A program made the translations under genes and the position numbers. Below are positions 21,604-30,223 of a DNA stretch of 64,000 bases, one piece after another. Position 1 is the stretch's first letter, and every line of letters starts with the position of its first letter. A model generated the notes under the pieces. The model saw only the letters and a list, made by a program, of their open reading frames with translations. It did no database searches and was not told the DNA's origin. The DNA is taken from contig DATMPH010000026.1 in NCBI GenBank assembly GCA_035567755.1, forward strand, positions 533-64,532, given 5' to 3'. This stretch comes from Rhizomicrobium sp. (GTDB lineage Bacteria > Pseudomonadota > Alphaproteobacteria > Micropepsales > Micropepsaceae).

Positions 21604-22188
21604 ATGGTGGAGGACGACATGCCGATGCTAGCCGCCAATACGCTTCACAGCCGCCGGGCCGTTCTCTGGCGGGTGATTGCCCTTGCAGTTCTGGCGCCGG
21701 CGGCAGGTCTTCCGCTTCAGGGCGATGCCGCGGAATTGGTGGAGATCGAAAGTTTCGATGCCAAAGGCAAGAGCCTCGGGCGCAACCGCGTGACAAAGGT
21801 CGTCAGAAGCGAGGCCGAATGGCGACGGGCGCTTTCGCCGGAATCCTTCGAAATTACACGCCACGCCGGAACCGAGACGGCGTACAGCGGCGCCTATTGG
21901 AACCTGCACAAGGATGGTCTCTTCCGCTGCGTTTGTTGCGCCAGCGCACTCTTTGATTCGCGCAGCAAGTTCGATTCCGGAACCGGTTGGCCGAGCTTCA
22001 CGCGCCCGATTTCCCGCAGCAACGTCGTCGAAAAGTCGGATGGCAGCTTCGGAATGCAGCGCACGCAGGTTTCCTGCAAGCGCTGTGATGCCCATCTCGG
22101 TCATGTCTTCGACGATGGACCGCCGCCGACCGGTCAGAGATATTGCATGAACTCGGTAGCCCTGACTTTTATCTCTCGAGGAACGTGA
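21604..22188 (+). CDS. msrB: peptide-methionine (R)-S-oxide reductase with N-terminal export signal
   Basis: KFDSGTGWPSF, HLGHVF.DGP, RYCMNS; SRRAVL plus a hydrophobic segment (Tat-like). Confidence 0.93.
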   Translation: MVEDDMPMLAANTLHSRRAVLWRVIALAVLAPAAGLPLQGDAAELVEIESFDAKGKSLGRNRVTKVVRSEAEWRRALSPESFEITRHAGTETAYSGAYWNLHKDGLFRCVCCASALFDSRSKFDSGTGWPSFTRPISRSNVVEKSDGSFGMQRTQVSCKRCDAHLGHVFDDGPPPTGQRYCMNSVALTFISRGT

Positions 22189-22189
22189 T

Positions 22190-22891
22190 ATGAAGCTCTT
22201 CCAGACCCGCGCAGCCCACCTCGCATTTGCAGCACAGCTTCTATGCGCGTCATGCGCAGTCGCAGAGGAGGGGGCCCGTGTTGTTCCCGCGCCCGCGACG
22301 GATGAACCGCGAACTCAGACACATGGAACCGAAACGGCGGTACTGGCGGGCGGGTGCTTCTGGGGCATGCAGGGCGTATTCGAGCACGTGAAGGGAGTGA
22401 GCAAGGTCGTGTCCGGCTATTCGGGAGGCGCAGCAGGAGCGGCGCAGTATGAGGAAGTGAGCACGGGCACGACCGGCAACGCGGAATCGGTACAGATCAC
22501 GTTCGACCCGGCCGTGATTACGTATGGCGAGATTCTCCGCATCTATTTCTCGGTTGCGCACGATCCGACCGAGCTGGACCGCCAGGGCCCCGATTCCGGG
22601 AGCCAATACCGTTCCGACATTTTCTACGCGAACGGCATGCAGGAAAAAATTGCGCGCGCCTATCTGGAACAGTTGGCGCACGCCCACGCCTTCGACGCAC
22701 CGATCGTCACGCGGGTGGACAGGCTCGCCGGGTTTGTTCCGGCCGAGGCCTATCACCAGGACTATCTGATTCACAATCCCGACAGTCCCTACATCGTCGT
22801 CAACGATCTGCCGAAGATCGCAAATCTCAAGGCGCTCTATTCCCAGTACTACAAGGATACGCCCGCGAAGCTCGCTCTCGGGAAACCTTGA
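22190..22891 (+). CDS. msrA: peptide-methionine (S)-S-oxide reductase with signal peptide
   Basis: GGCFWG, HDPT, QYRS, AEAYHQDY. Confidence 0.93.
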   Translation: MKLFQTRAAHLAFAAQLLCASCAVAEEGARVVPAPATDEPRTQTHGTETAVLAGGCFWGMQGVFEHVKGVSKVVSGYSGGAAGAAQYEEVSTGTTGNAESVQITFDPAVITYGEILRIYFSVAHDPTELDRQGPDSGSQYRSDIFYANGMQEKIARAYLEQLAHAHAFDAPIVTRVDRLAGFVPAEAYHQDYLIHNPDSPYIVVNDLPKIANLKALYSQYYKDTPAKLALGKP

Positions 22892-23083
22892 CGCGGCGGG
22901 CAGCCCTCCCGCAAGCACGGACCGCCTGAGGCGAAAAAAGCGAGGCTTCCGATGCCACCGCGCTGCGCTCAAACCGGTTGAAGACGTCGCGCGCTGCCAA
23001 ATCGCTGCCGCGCCTGGCTGGCACCGAACAAAGGTGACGTTTCGCACACGGGCGTCCGGGTAATTTCTCAAGGGATTTTTGCT

Positions 23084-23111
23084 CTTGAAACCCGGCTCTT
23101 ACGACCCATGT
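23084..23111 (+). promoter_or_regulatory. candidate RpoH (sigma32) promoter CTTGAAA-N14-CCCATGT upstream of egtBD
   Basis: Close match to the sigma32 consensus CTTGAA-N13-17-CCCCATNT. Confidence 0.5.
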
Positions 23112-23234
23112 GGCTGCCTGCAGGGCCAGCTACAACCCGCCAGGCTGGACCCAACATTTGATGTAGCCTAGGAACCTTTCGCGGGTGCGGGCGATATCTC
23201 TGCAACTCCAGCCGTTTCCGCTCGAAGGGTCCTC

Positions 23235-25460
23235 ATGATTGTTTCTCTCGCAGAACACGAACCCGCTCGCCCGAACAGCGCATTGCACCACCCGGCTAGC
23301 CTGCTCTGCCGCTACCAGGCAGTTCGCGGCGAGACGGAACGGCTCGCAGCCGTCCTGACACCCGAAGACCAATGCGTACAATCGATGGCCGACGCCAGTC
23401 CAGCCAAGTGGCACAGGGCGCACACGACCTGGTTCTTCGAGACCTTTGTTCTGCGCGAACATGTGCCGGGCTATCGTGTCTTCGACCCCGCCTACAGCTT
23501 TCTCTTCAATTCCTACTACGAGGCCATCGGCCAGCGGCAGGCGCGCGACAGGCGTGGATTGCTGACGCGACCGTCGCTGGAGGAGGTGGTGGAATATCGG
23601 CGCCAAGTCGACCGGGCCATGTGCGAGCTTCTGGACGCAAACGACGGCGAAGAATCTTTCGGCTCGGCAGTCGAGCTTGGACTGCAGCACGAGCAGCAGC
23701 ACCAGGAACTGCTGTTGACGGATATTCTTCATCTCTTCGCCCAGAATCCGCTTCTTCCGGCCTATACGGCTTATCGCCCGAGCGAGGCGGTCCCCTGCCC
23801 GCCGGCGGAATTCATCGCGTTCGAAGGCGGGCGCGTTGCCGTAGGTCACAGCGGCAAGGGGTTTGCGTTCGACAATGAATCGCCGCGGCACGAAATCGTC
23901 CTTCCTCCTTTCAGGCTCATGAACAGGCTCGTGACCAACGGAGAATGGCTCTCGTTCATGGCGGATGGCGGTTACGGGAAGGCCAAACTCTGGCTCGCGG
24001 ACGGTTGGCAGCGCGTGCGAGAGGAAGCGTGGCAGGCGCCGCTTTACTGGCAGGAAAAGGATGGCGAGTGGTTCGCCATGAGCTTGAGCGGCCTGAAACC
24101 GATCGAGCGCGATGCGCCGGTCTGTCACGTCAGCTACTATGAAGCCGATGCGTATGCCCACTGGTCGGGAAGACGCCTGCCGCGGGAAATGGAGTGGGAG
24201 CACGCCGCGTCGGGCAACGATGTGCACAGTGGAAATTACCGCGACGAAGGGTATTTGAGGCCGCTGACGGCGGGGCGCCGGCCGGGAATGCAATTGTTTG
24301 GCGACGTGTGGGAGTGGACCGGGTCACCCTACGGTCCCTATCCCGGCTATCGGGCGCCGCAAGGTGCACTCGGCGAGTACAACGGCAAATTCATGATCAA
24401 TCAGATGGTTCTTCGCGGCGGGTCCTGCGTTACGAGCCGGGAGCACATGCGCGCCAGCTACCGCAATTTCTTCTATCCCCATCAACGCTGGCAGTTCGCG
24501 GGACTTCGTCTGGCAGACGACATGCCGCGCACGACCGGCGCCCGCCGCGATCCAATTCTTGAGGATGTCCTGGAAGGGTTATCGAAGCCTTCCAAGACGC
24601 TGCCGAGCAAATACTTCTACGATGCAAGCGGCTCCCGGCTCTACGAAGAGATTTGTACGCTGCCGGAGTACTACCTCACGCGTACGGAAACGCAGCTGCT
24701 GAAAAACCTGGCGTACGACCTTCGCGGCCATGTCGCGCAGGGCACTGCACTTGTCGAGTTTGGCAGCGGAGCTTCCGTCAAAACGCGCATTCTCCTCGAT
24801 CGGCATCCCGGGATCTCCCTCTATGTGCCGGTCGATATCAGCGAAGAGTCTCTGGCTGAGAGCACGAGAAGCATTCGGCAGGAATTTCCGAAGCTGGTCG
24901 TGAGGCCGATCGCCGGCGATTTTCTCAAGGCGCTCTCGCCACCCGATGAGTTGAGGTCGCGGCCGGTTCTCGGATTCTTCCCCGGTTCGACAATTGGCAA
25001 TCTTTCGGACGGTGAGGCCGAGCGTTTTCTCCGCACAAGCCGCTCGCTGCTGGGACCAAATGCGCGATTCATGATCGGAATAGATCTCGTCAAGAATGCC
25101 GATGAGCTTGTGCGCGCGTACGACGACGCACAGGGCGTCACGGCGGCGTTCAACAAAAATCTGCTCGAGCGCATGAATCGCGAACTCGGTGCAACGTTCG
25201 ATACCGGTCAGTTCATTCATCGTGCGATCTGGAATGGCCACGAATCCCGCATAGAAATGCATCTCGTCTCCGCCGTCAGGCAGAGTGTGGTCGTTGGCGG
25301 GCGATGCTTTGATTTCGAAGCGGGCGAGACCATCCACACGGAGAATTCGCGCAAGTACACGCTCAAGGGATTCGCAGAGATTGCGGCCCGCGCCGGCTGG
25401 TCGATCGAACGCAGCTGGTCGTCTTCCGCGCCCGCCTACGCTGTCGTCCTTCTGGGTTGA
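23235..25460 (+). CDS. egtB-egtD: fused ergothioneine sulfoxide synthase EgtB and histidine trimethylase EgtD
   Basis: KWHRAHTTWFFE, FNSYY, HEQQHQE, GDVWEW, EYNGKFM; then LPSKYFYD, VEFGSG, FFPGSTIGN, IEMHL, IHTENSRKY. Confidence 0.9.
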   Translation: MIVSLAEHEPARPNSALHHPASLLCRYQAVRGETERLAAVLTPEDQCVQSMADASPAKWHRAHTTWFFETFVLREHVPGYRVFDPAYSFLFNSYYEAIGQRQARDRRGLLTRPSLEEVVEYRRQVDRAMCELLDANDGEESFGSAVELGLQHEQQHQELLLTDILHLFAQNPLLPAYTAYRPSEAVPCPPAEFIAFEGGRVAVGHSGKGFAFDNESPRHEIVLPPFRLMNRLVTNGEWLSFMADGGYGKAKLWLADGWQRVREEAWQAPLYWQEKDGEWFAMSLSGLKPIERDAPVCHVSYYEADAYAHWSGRRLPREMEWEHAASGNDVHSGNYRDEGYLRPLTAGRRPGMQLFGDVWEWTGSPYGPYPGYRAPQGALGEYNGKFMINQMVLRGGSCVTSREHMRASYRNFFYPHQRWQFAGLRLADDMPRTTGARRDPILEDVLEGLSKPSKTLPSKYFYDASGSRLYEEICTLPEYYLTRTETQLLKNLAYDLRGHVAQGTALVEFGSGASVKTRILLDRHPGISLYVPVDISEESLAESTRSIRQEFPKLVVRPIAGDFLKALSPPDELRSRPVLGFFPGSTIGNLSDGEAERFLRTSRSLLGPNARFMIGIDLVKNADELVRAYDDAQGVTAAFNKNLLERMNRELGATFDTGQFIHRAIWNGHESRIEMHLVSAVRQSVVVGGRCFDFEAGETIHTENSRKYTLKGFAEIAARAGWSIERSWSSSAPAYAVVLLG

Positions 25461-25521
25461 TCCGGTTTGTAGTTGCCGAGATTCGCAGGATTGCCGGAAC
25501 GCATATTTTGCGGGCGACCGT

Positions 25522-25677
25522 TCACACCCTTCCGAGAAGCACCAGGATGACAACGATGACGAGAATGAGCCCAAGCGAGCCGCTGGGATAGTAGCCCCAC
25601 CCGCTGCTGTAAGGCCAGGACGGCAACGCACCAAGAAGCAGCAAGATGAGCACGATGATCAGGATTGTGCCGAGCAT
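25522..25677 (-). CDS. DUF3309-like 51-aa membrane peptide (below the ORF-track cutoff)
   Basis: MLGTILIIVLILLLLGALPSWPYSSGWGYYPSGSLGLILVIVVILVLLGRV*; AAGGA RBS. Confidence 0.85.
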   Translation of the reverse strand: MLGTILIIVLILLLLGALPSWPYSSGWGYYPSGSLGLILVIVVILVLLGRV

Positions 25678-25712
25678 GAATTGTCCTTTGCTGGTTCATG
25701 GTTCCGACATGA

Positions 25713-25738
25713 AACTCACTGTCACAGTAAATAGTTCC
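25713..25738 (-). promoter_or_regulatory. EcfG/SigT-type promoter GGAAC-N17-AGTT for the DUF3309 gene
   Basis: Motif read directly; one mismatch to CGTT. Confidence 0.55.
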
Positions 25739-25773
25739 TGCCGGGAACTCGGGCATCGGGCGTTCGAGAATCC

Positions 25774-25798
25774 GGAACCGCGCTGCGGGAGGCGCGTT
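25774..25798 (+). promoter_or_regulatory. EcfG/SigT-type promoter GGAAC-N16-CGTT for the CBS gene
   Basis: Exact consensus 28 nt upstream of the ATG; GGAGG RBS follows. Confidence 0.7.
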
Positions 25799-25826
25799 GA
25801 CCAACCGCGGGGGACGGAGGTGTTTC

Positions 25827-26247
25827 ATGAAAATTGCCGAAGTGATGACGCGGGGGGAGTTGAACTGACCAATCCCGCCGCCACTGTTCAGGAGGCCGCC
25901 CAGACGATGGCCGACGAAGACGTGGGATTTCTGCCTGTTGGAGATCACAACCGGATGATCGGCATGATTACCGATCGCGACATTGCGTACGCGCGGTCGC
26001 CATGGGCCGCGATCCAAAGAAAACTAAGGTGCGTGATGTGATGACGGAGCCCGTGCTCTATTGTTTCGCGGACGAGGACGCCGACAAGGCGGCTGAAAGC
26101 ATGAGCCGCGAGAAAATCCGCAGGCTCCCCATTGTAGACCGCAACAAGCGACTGGTTGGCGTGGTGTCGCTGGGCGATATCGCGCTCAAGCACAATCCGG
26201 CCAAGGCCGGAAAAACGCTTTCGAGCGTTTGCCACGCTCCCGCCTAG
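25827..26247 (+). pseudogene. CBS-pair protein (Hrp1/YhcV-like) broken by two frameshifts (real decay or assembly error)
   Basis: MKIAEVMTRG | VELTNPAATVQEAAQTMADEDVGFLPVGDHNRMIGMITDRDIA | VRAVAMGRDPKK...RRLPIVDRNKRLVGVVSLGDIA lies in three different frames. Confidence 0.75.
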
Positions 26248-26282
26248 CCGGGCTGCGACTCATTCGACCGGAGCCTCTGCGG

Positions 26283-27730
26283 GTGCGGACGCTCTGGCCG
26301 TCCTTCACACCGATATACCCGCTCGTCTCGATCGGCTCCCCTGGACAAGGATTCACTCGCTCATTGTCATCGCGCTTGGCGTGAGCTGGGTGCTCGACGG
26401 GCTCGAGGTGACGCTCGTAGGCTCGCTCTCGGGCGCAATCGGCGGGGCGCACGGGCTGCATTTGAGCGCCAGCGAAATTGGCCTGGCGGCAAGCGCTTAT
26501 CTCGCCGGCGCTGTCCTTGGGGCGCTCTGTTTCGGCGGCATGACGGACAGTTTCGGGCGCAAGCGTCTCTTCACGGCGACCGTCGGCCTCTATCTGGTCG
26601 CGACGATCTTGACCGGCCTGTCATGGAATGCGTGGTCGTTTGCCCTCTTTCGCTGCGCGACCGGGGCAGGTATCGGCGGCGAATATGCAGCCATAAATTC
26701 TGCCATCCAGGAATTCGTGCCAGCGCGGAGGCGCGGCATGACGGACCTCATCGTCAACGGCAGTTTCTGGATCGGCGCCGCGCTCGGCGCCGTCGGTTCG
26801 CTGGTGGTTCTCGATCCTCATTTTTTCAATCCTGAAATCGGCTGGCGACTTGCATTTGTCGTGGGCGGTGCGTTGGCGCTGGTCGTGATCTGGCTGCGCC
26901 GGTTTGTTCCGGAGAGTCCGCGCTGGCTGATCGTTCACGACCGCGAGCCGGAAGCCGCGCGCATTGTCGATGAATTCGAGCGTCGCGTCGTCGAAGTGGG
27001 TGGTTCGCTTCCCGACATCTCGCCAATTCGGCGCCTGAAAATGAGCCAGAGCTACCGTCTCACGCTTGCCGAGGTGGCGCGCGTCCTGCTTCATCGCTAT
27101 CCCACGCGCGTGGTGCTCGGCCTCGTGCTGATGGCGACCCAGGCATTCTTCTACAACGCAATTTTCTTTACCTATGGCCTCGTCCTCACCCGCTTCGAAG
27201 GCGTCGCACCCAACGCGGTTGGCTGGTTCATTCTGCCCTTCGCTCTCGGAAACTTTCTGGGTCCGCTTCTGCTGGGTGCGCTCTTCGACACGGTCGGCCG
27301 GAAGTTCATGATCGCGGTGACCTATGCGCTGGCGGGCGTGCTGATCATTGTTCTCGGATTTCTTTTTCGGGCCGGGGCCCTCGATGCGGTCCAGCAGACG
27401 CTGGGCTGGACAGTCACGTTCTTTTTCGCTTCGGCCGCGGCGAGCGGCGCATATCTGACTGTTGGCGAGAGTTTTCCGCTGGAAATGCGGGCGCTTGCCA
27501 TCGCGCTCTTTTACGCGGCCGGAACGGCAATCGGAGGAATCGCAGCGCCGGCCTTGCTTGGCGCCCTCATCGAGACTGGCTCGCGCAGCGAGGTGCTGCT
27601 CGGCTATCTCCTCGGTGGCGCACTCATGCTGGCGGCGGCCGCGACAGAGCTGGCACTCGGCATCGCAGCGGAGGGCCGTCCATTGGAGGAGATTGCGGCG
27701 CCCTTGTCCCAGCTGCCGCCATTTGTGTGA
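26283..27730 (+). CDS. MFS sugar-porter-like transporter; start uncertain (GTG 26283 is one base out of frame)
   Basis: ARLDRLPW, DSFGRKRLF, GIGGEYAAINSAIQE, PESPRWL, ESFPLEMRA. Confidence 0.8.
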
Positions 27731-29154
27731 GACGTGAATCCGGTAGCCGCATCCCTGCGGGAATGCCGCGGAGTCTCGTCCCGGGACTCGCTAAGCGTCG
27801 CGAGGAAACGATCGCCCCACATGGAAATGTCATTGCGTAGAAGGGCCTCCCACAGTTTGGCATGACGGGAAACGCGCTCTTCGCGCGGCATGGCGAGTGC
27901 GCGCGAGATTGCAGAACCCACCGCCTCGGGATCATAGGGATTGACCAGCAGGGCGGCAGTGCCGAATTCGGCCGCGGCCCCCGCAAATCGGGACAGGACG
28001 AGCACGCCCGGATTTTCGGCATCCTGCGCTGCGACATACTCCTTGGCCACCAGATTCATTCCGTCGCGGAGAGGCGTTACGAGCCCAACGCGCGCGGCGC
28101 GATACAGGCCTGAAAGTGCTGTACGGCTGTAGGGACGGTTCGTGTAACGGACCGGCGTCCATGAGACATCGCCATATGTCCCGTTGATGCGCCCCGCCGC
28201 CGTGTCGATGGACCGTTCCATGTCGACATATTCAGGAATGTCCGACCGGCTCTTCGGCGTGATCTGCATGTAAGTCACTTCGCCGCGGAACTGCGGATTG
28301 CCGATCAGAAATCGCTCGAAGGCATCCAGCCGAAGTGCGAGGCCCTTCGAATAGTCGAGTCGGTCGACGCCAAGGATGATGGCGCCGCGAACGCTGTCCA
28401 GGACGCGGCGCACAAAAGAGGAGCGCACGGCGCGGCGGGCGCACCGATTGAACGTTCGCGCGTCGATGCCGACGGGAAACGTTCCAATGCGCATCACGCG
28501 TTTCCCGCCCTCGAAGCTGCGCTGGATATGGGCAGGCATGCCGCATTCGTTTGCGAGATACCGCGCAAAATTCGCCGCGTCGCCATCGGTCTGGAAGCCG
28601 ACGAGATCATACTCGGTAAGCGCCGGAATCAGTCCCTCGTGATTGGGCATGGCCGTAAGCACTTCGGGGGGCGGTAGCGGGATGTGCAGGAAAAAGCCGA
28701 CGCGATTCTCGCGCCCGCGACGGCGCAGCGCCTTGGCGAGAGGGATGAGATGATAGTCGTGGACCCAGACAATATCGTCGGGCTCGAGCACCATATCCAG
28801 TTGATCCGCAAAATGCTCGTTCACGCGCAGATAGCCGCTCAGATCGCGGCGCGAAAACTCCGCCAGATCGAGGCGATAATGGAAGATGGGCCACAACACG
28901 CGATTGGCGAAGCCGTTATAGTATTCCTGGAAATCCTCCTCGCTCAGGTCGGTCACGATGAAGCGGTTTCCGGCCTGGCTCACCGTCCGGGTTTCAATCT
29001 TTCCGGCCTCCTTTACCGCGCCACTCCAGCCAAGCCAGACGCAGGAATGACGTTTGAGTGTCGCGCGTAGCGCAACTTCCAGGCCGCCGGCGTGTACGCC
29101 ACGGGCCGAATTGGGAATACCGACACGATTGGAGATTATGAAGACGCGAGCCAA
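27604..29154 (-). CDS. otsA: trehalose-6-phosphate synthase (TTG 29154 with GGAGG RBS preferred)
   Basis: [47 protein letters not shown]. Confidence 0.95.
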   Translation of the reverse strand: MARVFIISNRVGIPNSARGVHAGGLEVALRATLKRHSCVWLGWSGAVKEAGKIETRTVSQAGNRFIVTDLSEEDFQEYYNGFANRVLWPIFHYRLDLAEFSRRDLSGYLRVNEHFADQLDMVLEPDDIVWVHDYHLIPLAKALRRRGRENRVGFFLHIPLPPPEVLTAMPNHEGLIPALTEYDLVGFQTDGDAANFARYLANECGMPAHIQRSFEGGKRVMRIGTFPVGIDARTFNRCARRAVRSSFVRRVLDSVRGAIILGVDRLDYSKGLALRLDAFERFLIGNPQFRGEVTYMQITPKSRSDIPEYVDMERSIDTAAGRINGTYGDVSWTPVRYTNRPYSRTALSGLYRAARVGLVTPLRDGMNLVAKEYVAAQDAENPGVLVLSRFAGAAAEFGTAALLVNPYDPEAVGSAISRALAMPREERVSRHAKLWEALLRNDISMWGDRFLATLSESRDETPRHSRRDAATGFTSHTNGGSWDKGAAISSNGRPSAAMPSASSVAAAASMSAPPRR

Positions 29155-29201
29155 CAGCGAGCCTCCCGGGTTCGCGACGGGCGCATCGCCGCTCATTCCA
29201 C

Positions 29202-29226
29202 AACGTCTCCCGGGCGCGGGAGTTCC
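29202..29226 (-). promoter_or_regulatory. EcfG/SigT-type promoter GGAAC-N16-CGTT for otsA
   Basis: Exact consensus in the otsB-otsA intergenic region. Confidence 0.7.
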
Positions 29227-29289
29227 GAAGGCGGCCAGACAAGCGGCAGGGGGCCCGGCCCCCCTGACGACCGTGACTCCGAGCAGCGT

Positions 29290-30096
29290 TTACTCGACTC
29301 TTTCTGTGTCACAGCCCACCAGGCGCGCAAGCGAGAGCCGCACCACTCTTGGTGTTGGGACCATCAACTCGGCGTCCGCCATGTTCCGGCCGACGGAGAT
29401 GCCGACCCCGTGCAGCTCGTGCACGGCGGCAAACGCATCTTCGTCGGTCGTATCGTCGCCAAAGAACACGGGGCGGCGTCCTGCGAAGACCGGAAGCTGC
29501 ATGAGGGCCTCGATCGCCTCGCCCTTGTCAAAGCTCAGGGGTTTTACTTCCACGACGGATTTGCCGCGCATCAGCCGAAGCTCGCCTGAGTGGGGCGCAA
29601 GATACCGGCGCAGCCGCTCTTCCAGTGCCGCTCCGCGATCGGGTGCGTGCCGATAGTGAAACGCGATCGTATAGCGCTTGTCTTCGACGCGAATTCGCGG
29701 CTCGGCGGCGGCCAGGTTCAGCAGGCTGCGCCTGATGTCATCGGACAGCGGCTGAGCGCGCGCAACGATCGGCCCCGCGGGTTCGGGACGCCATTCCGCT
29801 CCGTGGCACCCGACAACTGCGAGCGCAAGCGGGCCGAAGAGTCGATCCAGAGCGGCAATTTCGCGCCCGCTGACGAGGGCCACGCCTCCTCCGGACCTGG
29901 CGATGAGAAGCGCGAGCGTGCGATGAAGCGAGGGCGGGACGCGCACGTCTTCGGGAGAGACCGCGATATCGAGAATCGTGCCGTCCACGTCCAGCAGGAA
30001 CGCGTCGCCTGTCAGCGAGAGTAACTTCCGCGAAATCGTTCCCTGAGCGCCGTCCTCATCAGGCTTGTCGTCCGCAACACCGCTCTTTCGTTTCAC
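29290..30096 (-). CDS. otsB: trehalose-6-phosphate phosphatase (GTG 30096 with GGAG RBS preferred)
   Basis: FLLDVDGTI, VSGR, HGAEWR, EDK, DKGEAI, FFGDDTTDE. Confidence 0.93.
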   Translation of the reverse strand: MKRKSGVADDKPDEDGAQGTISRKLLSLTGDAFLLDVDGTILDIAVSPEDVRVPPSLHRTLALLIARSGGGVALVSGREIAALDRLFGPLALAVVGCHGAEWRPEPAGPIVARAQPLSDDIRRSLLNLAAAEPRIRVEDKRYTIAFHYRHAPDRGAALEERLRRYLAPHSGELRLMRGKSVVEVKPLSFDKGEAIEALMQLPVFAGRRPVFFGDDTTDEDAFAAVHELHGVGISVGRNMADAELMVPTPRVVRLSLARLVGCDTERVE

Positions 30097-30223
30097 GGGC
30101 CAACTCTCCACCGCTTCGTCATCCACAGTGTTGCAGGCATCTGATCGGAGTTGTGGGCATCGATTGACGGAATGGGGAACTCTGTCGCGCGAACGCACCC
30201 GTTTGTGCACTGTCCGGCAGGGT

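Noticed and set aside
23235-25460. Selenoneine (SenA) or ovothiol (OvoA) synthase
   Set aside because: No selD/senB nearby, and the C-terminal domain has EgtD motifs rather than the OvoA-type methyltransferase.
25852-25857. Phase-variable poly-G switch in the CBS gene
   Set aside because: The tract is only G6, and a second independent frameshift downstream would still break the gene.
30176-30203. GGAAC...CGTT on the + strand between otsB and GH15
   Set aside because: The spacer is 19 nt and it points away from any supported gene.
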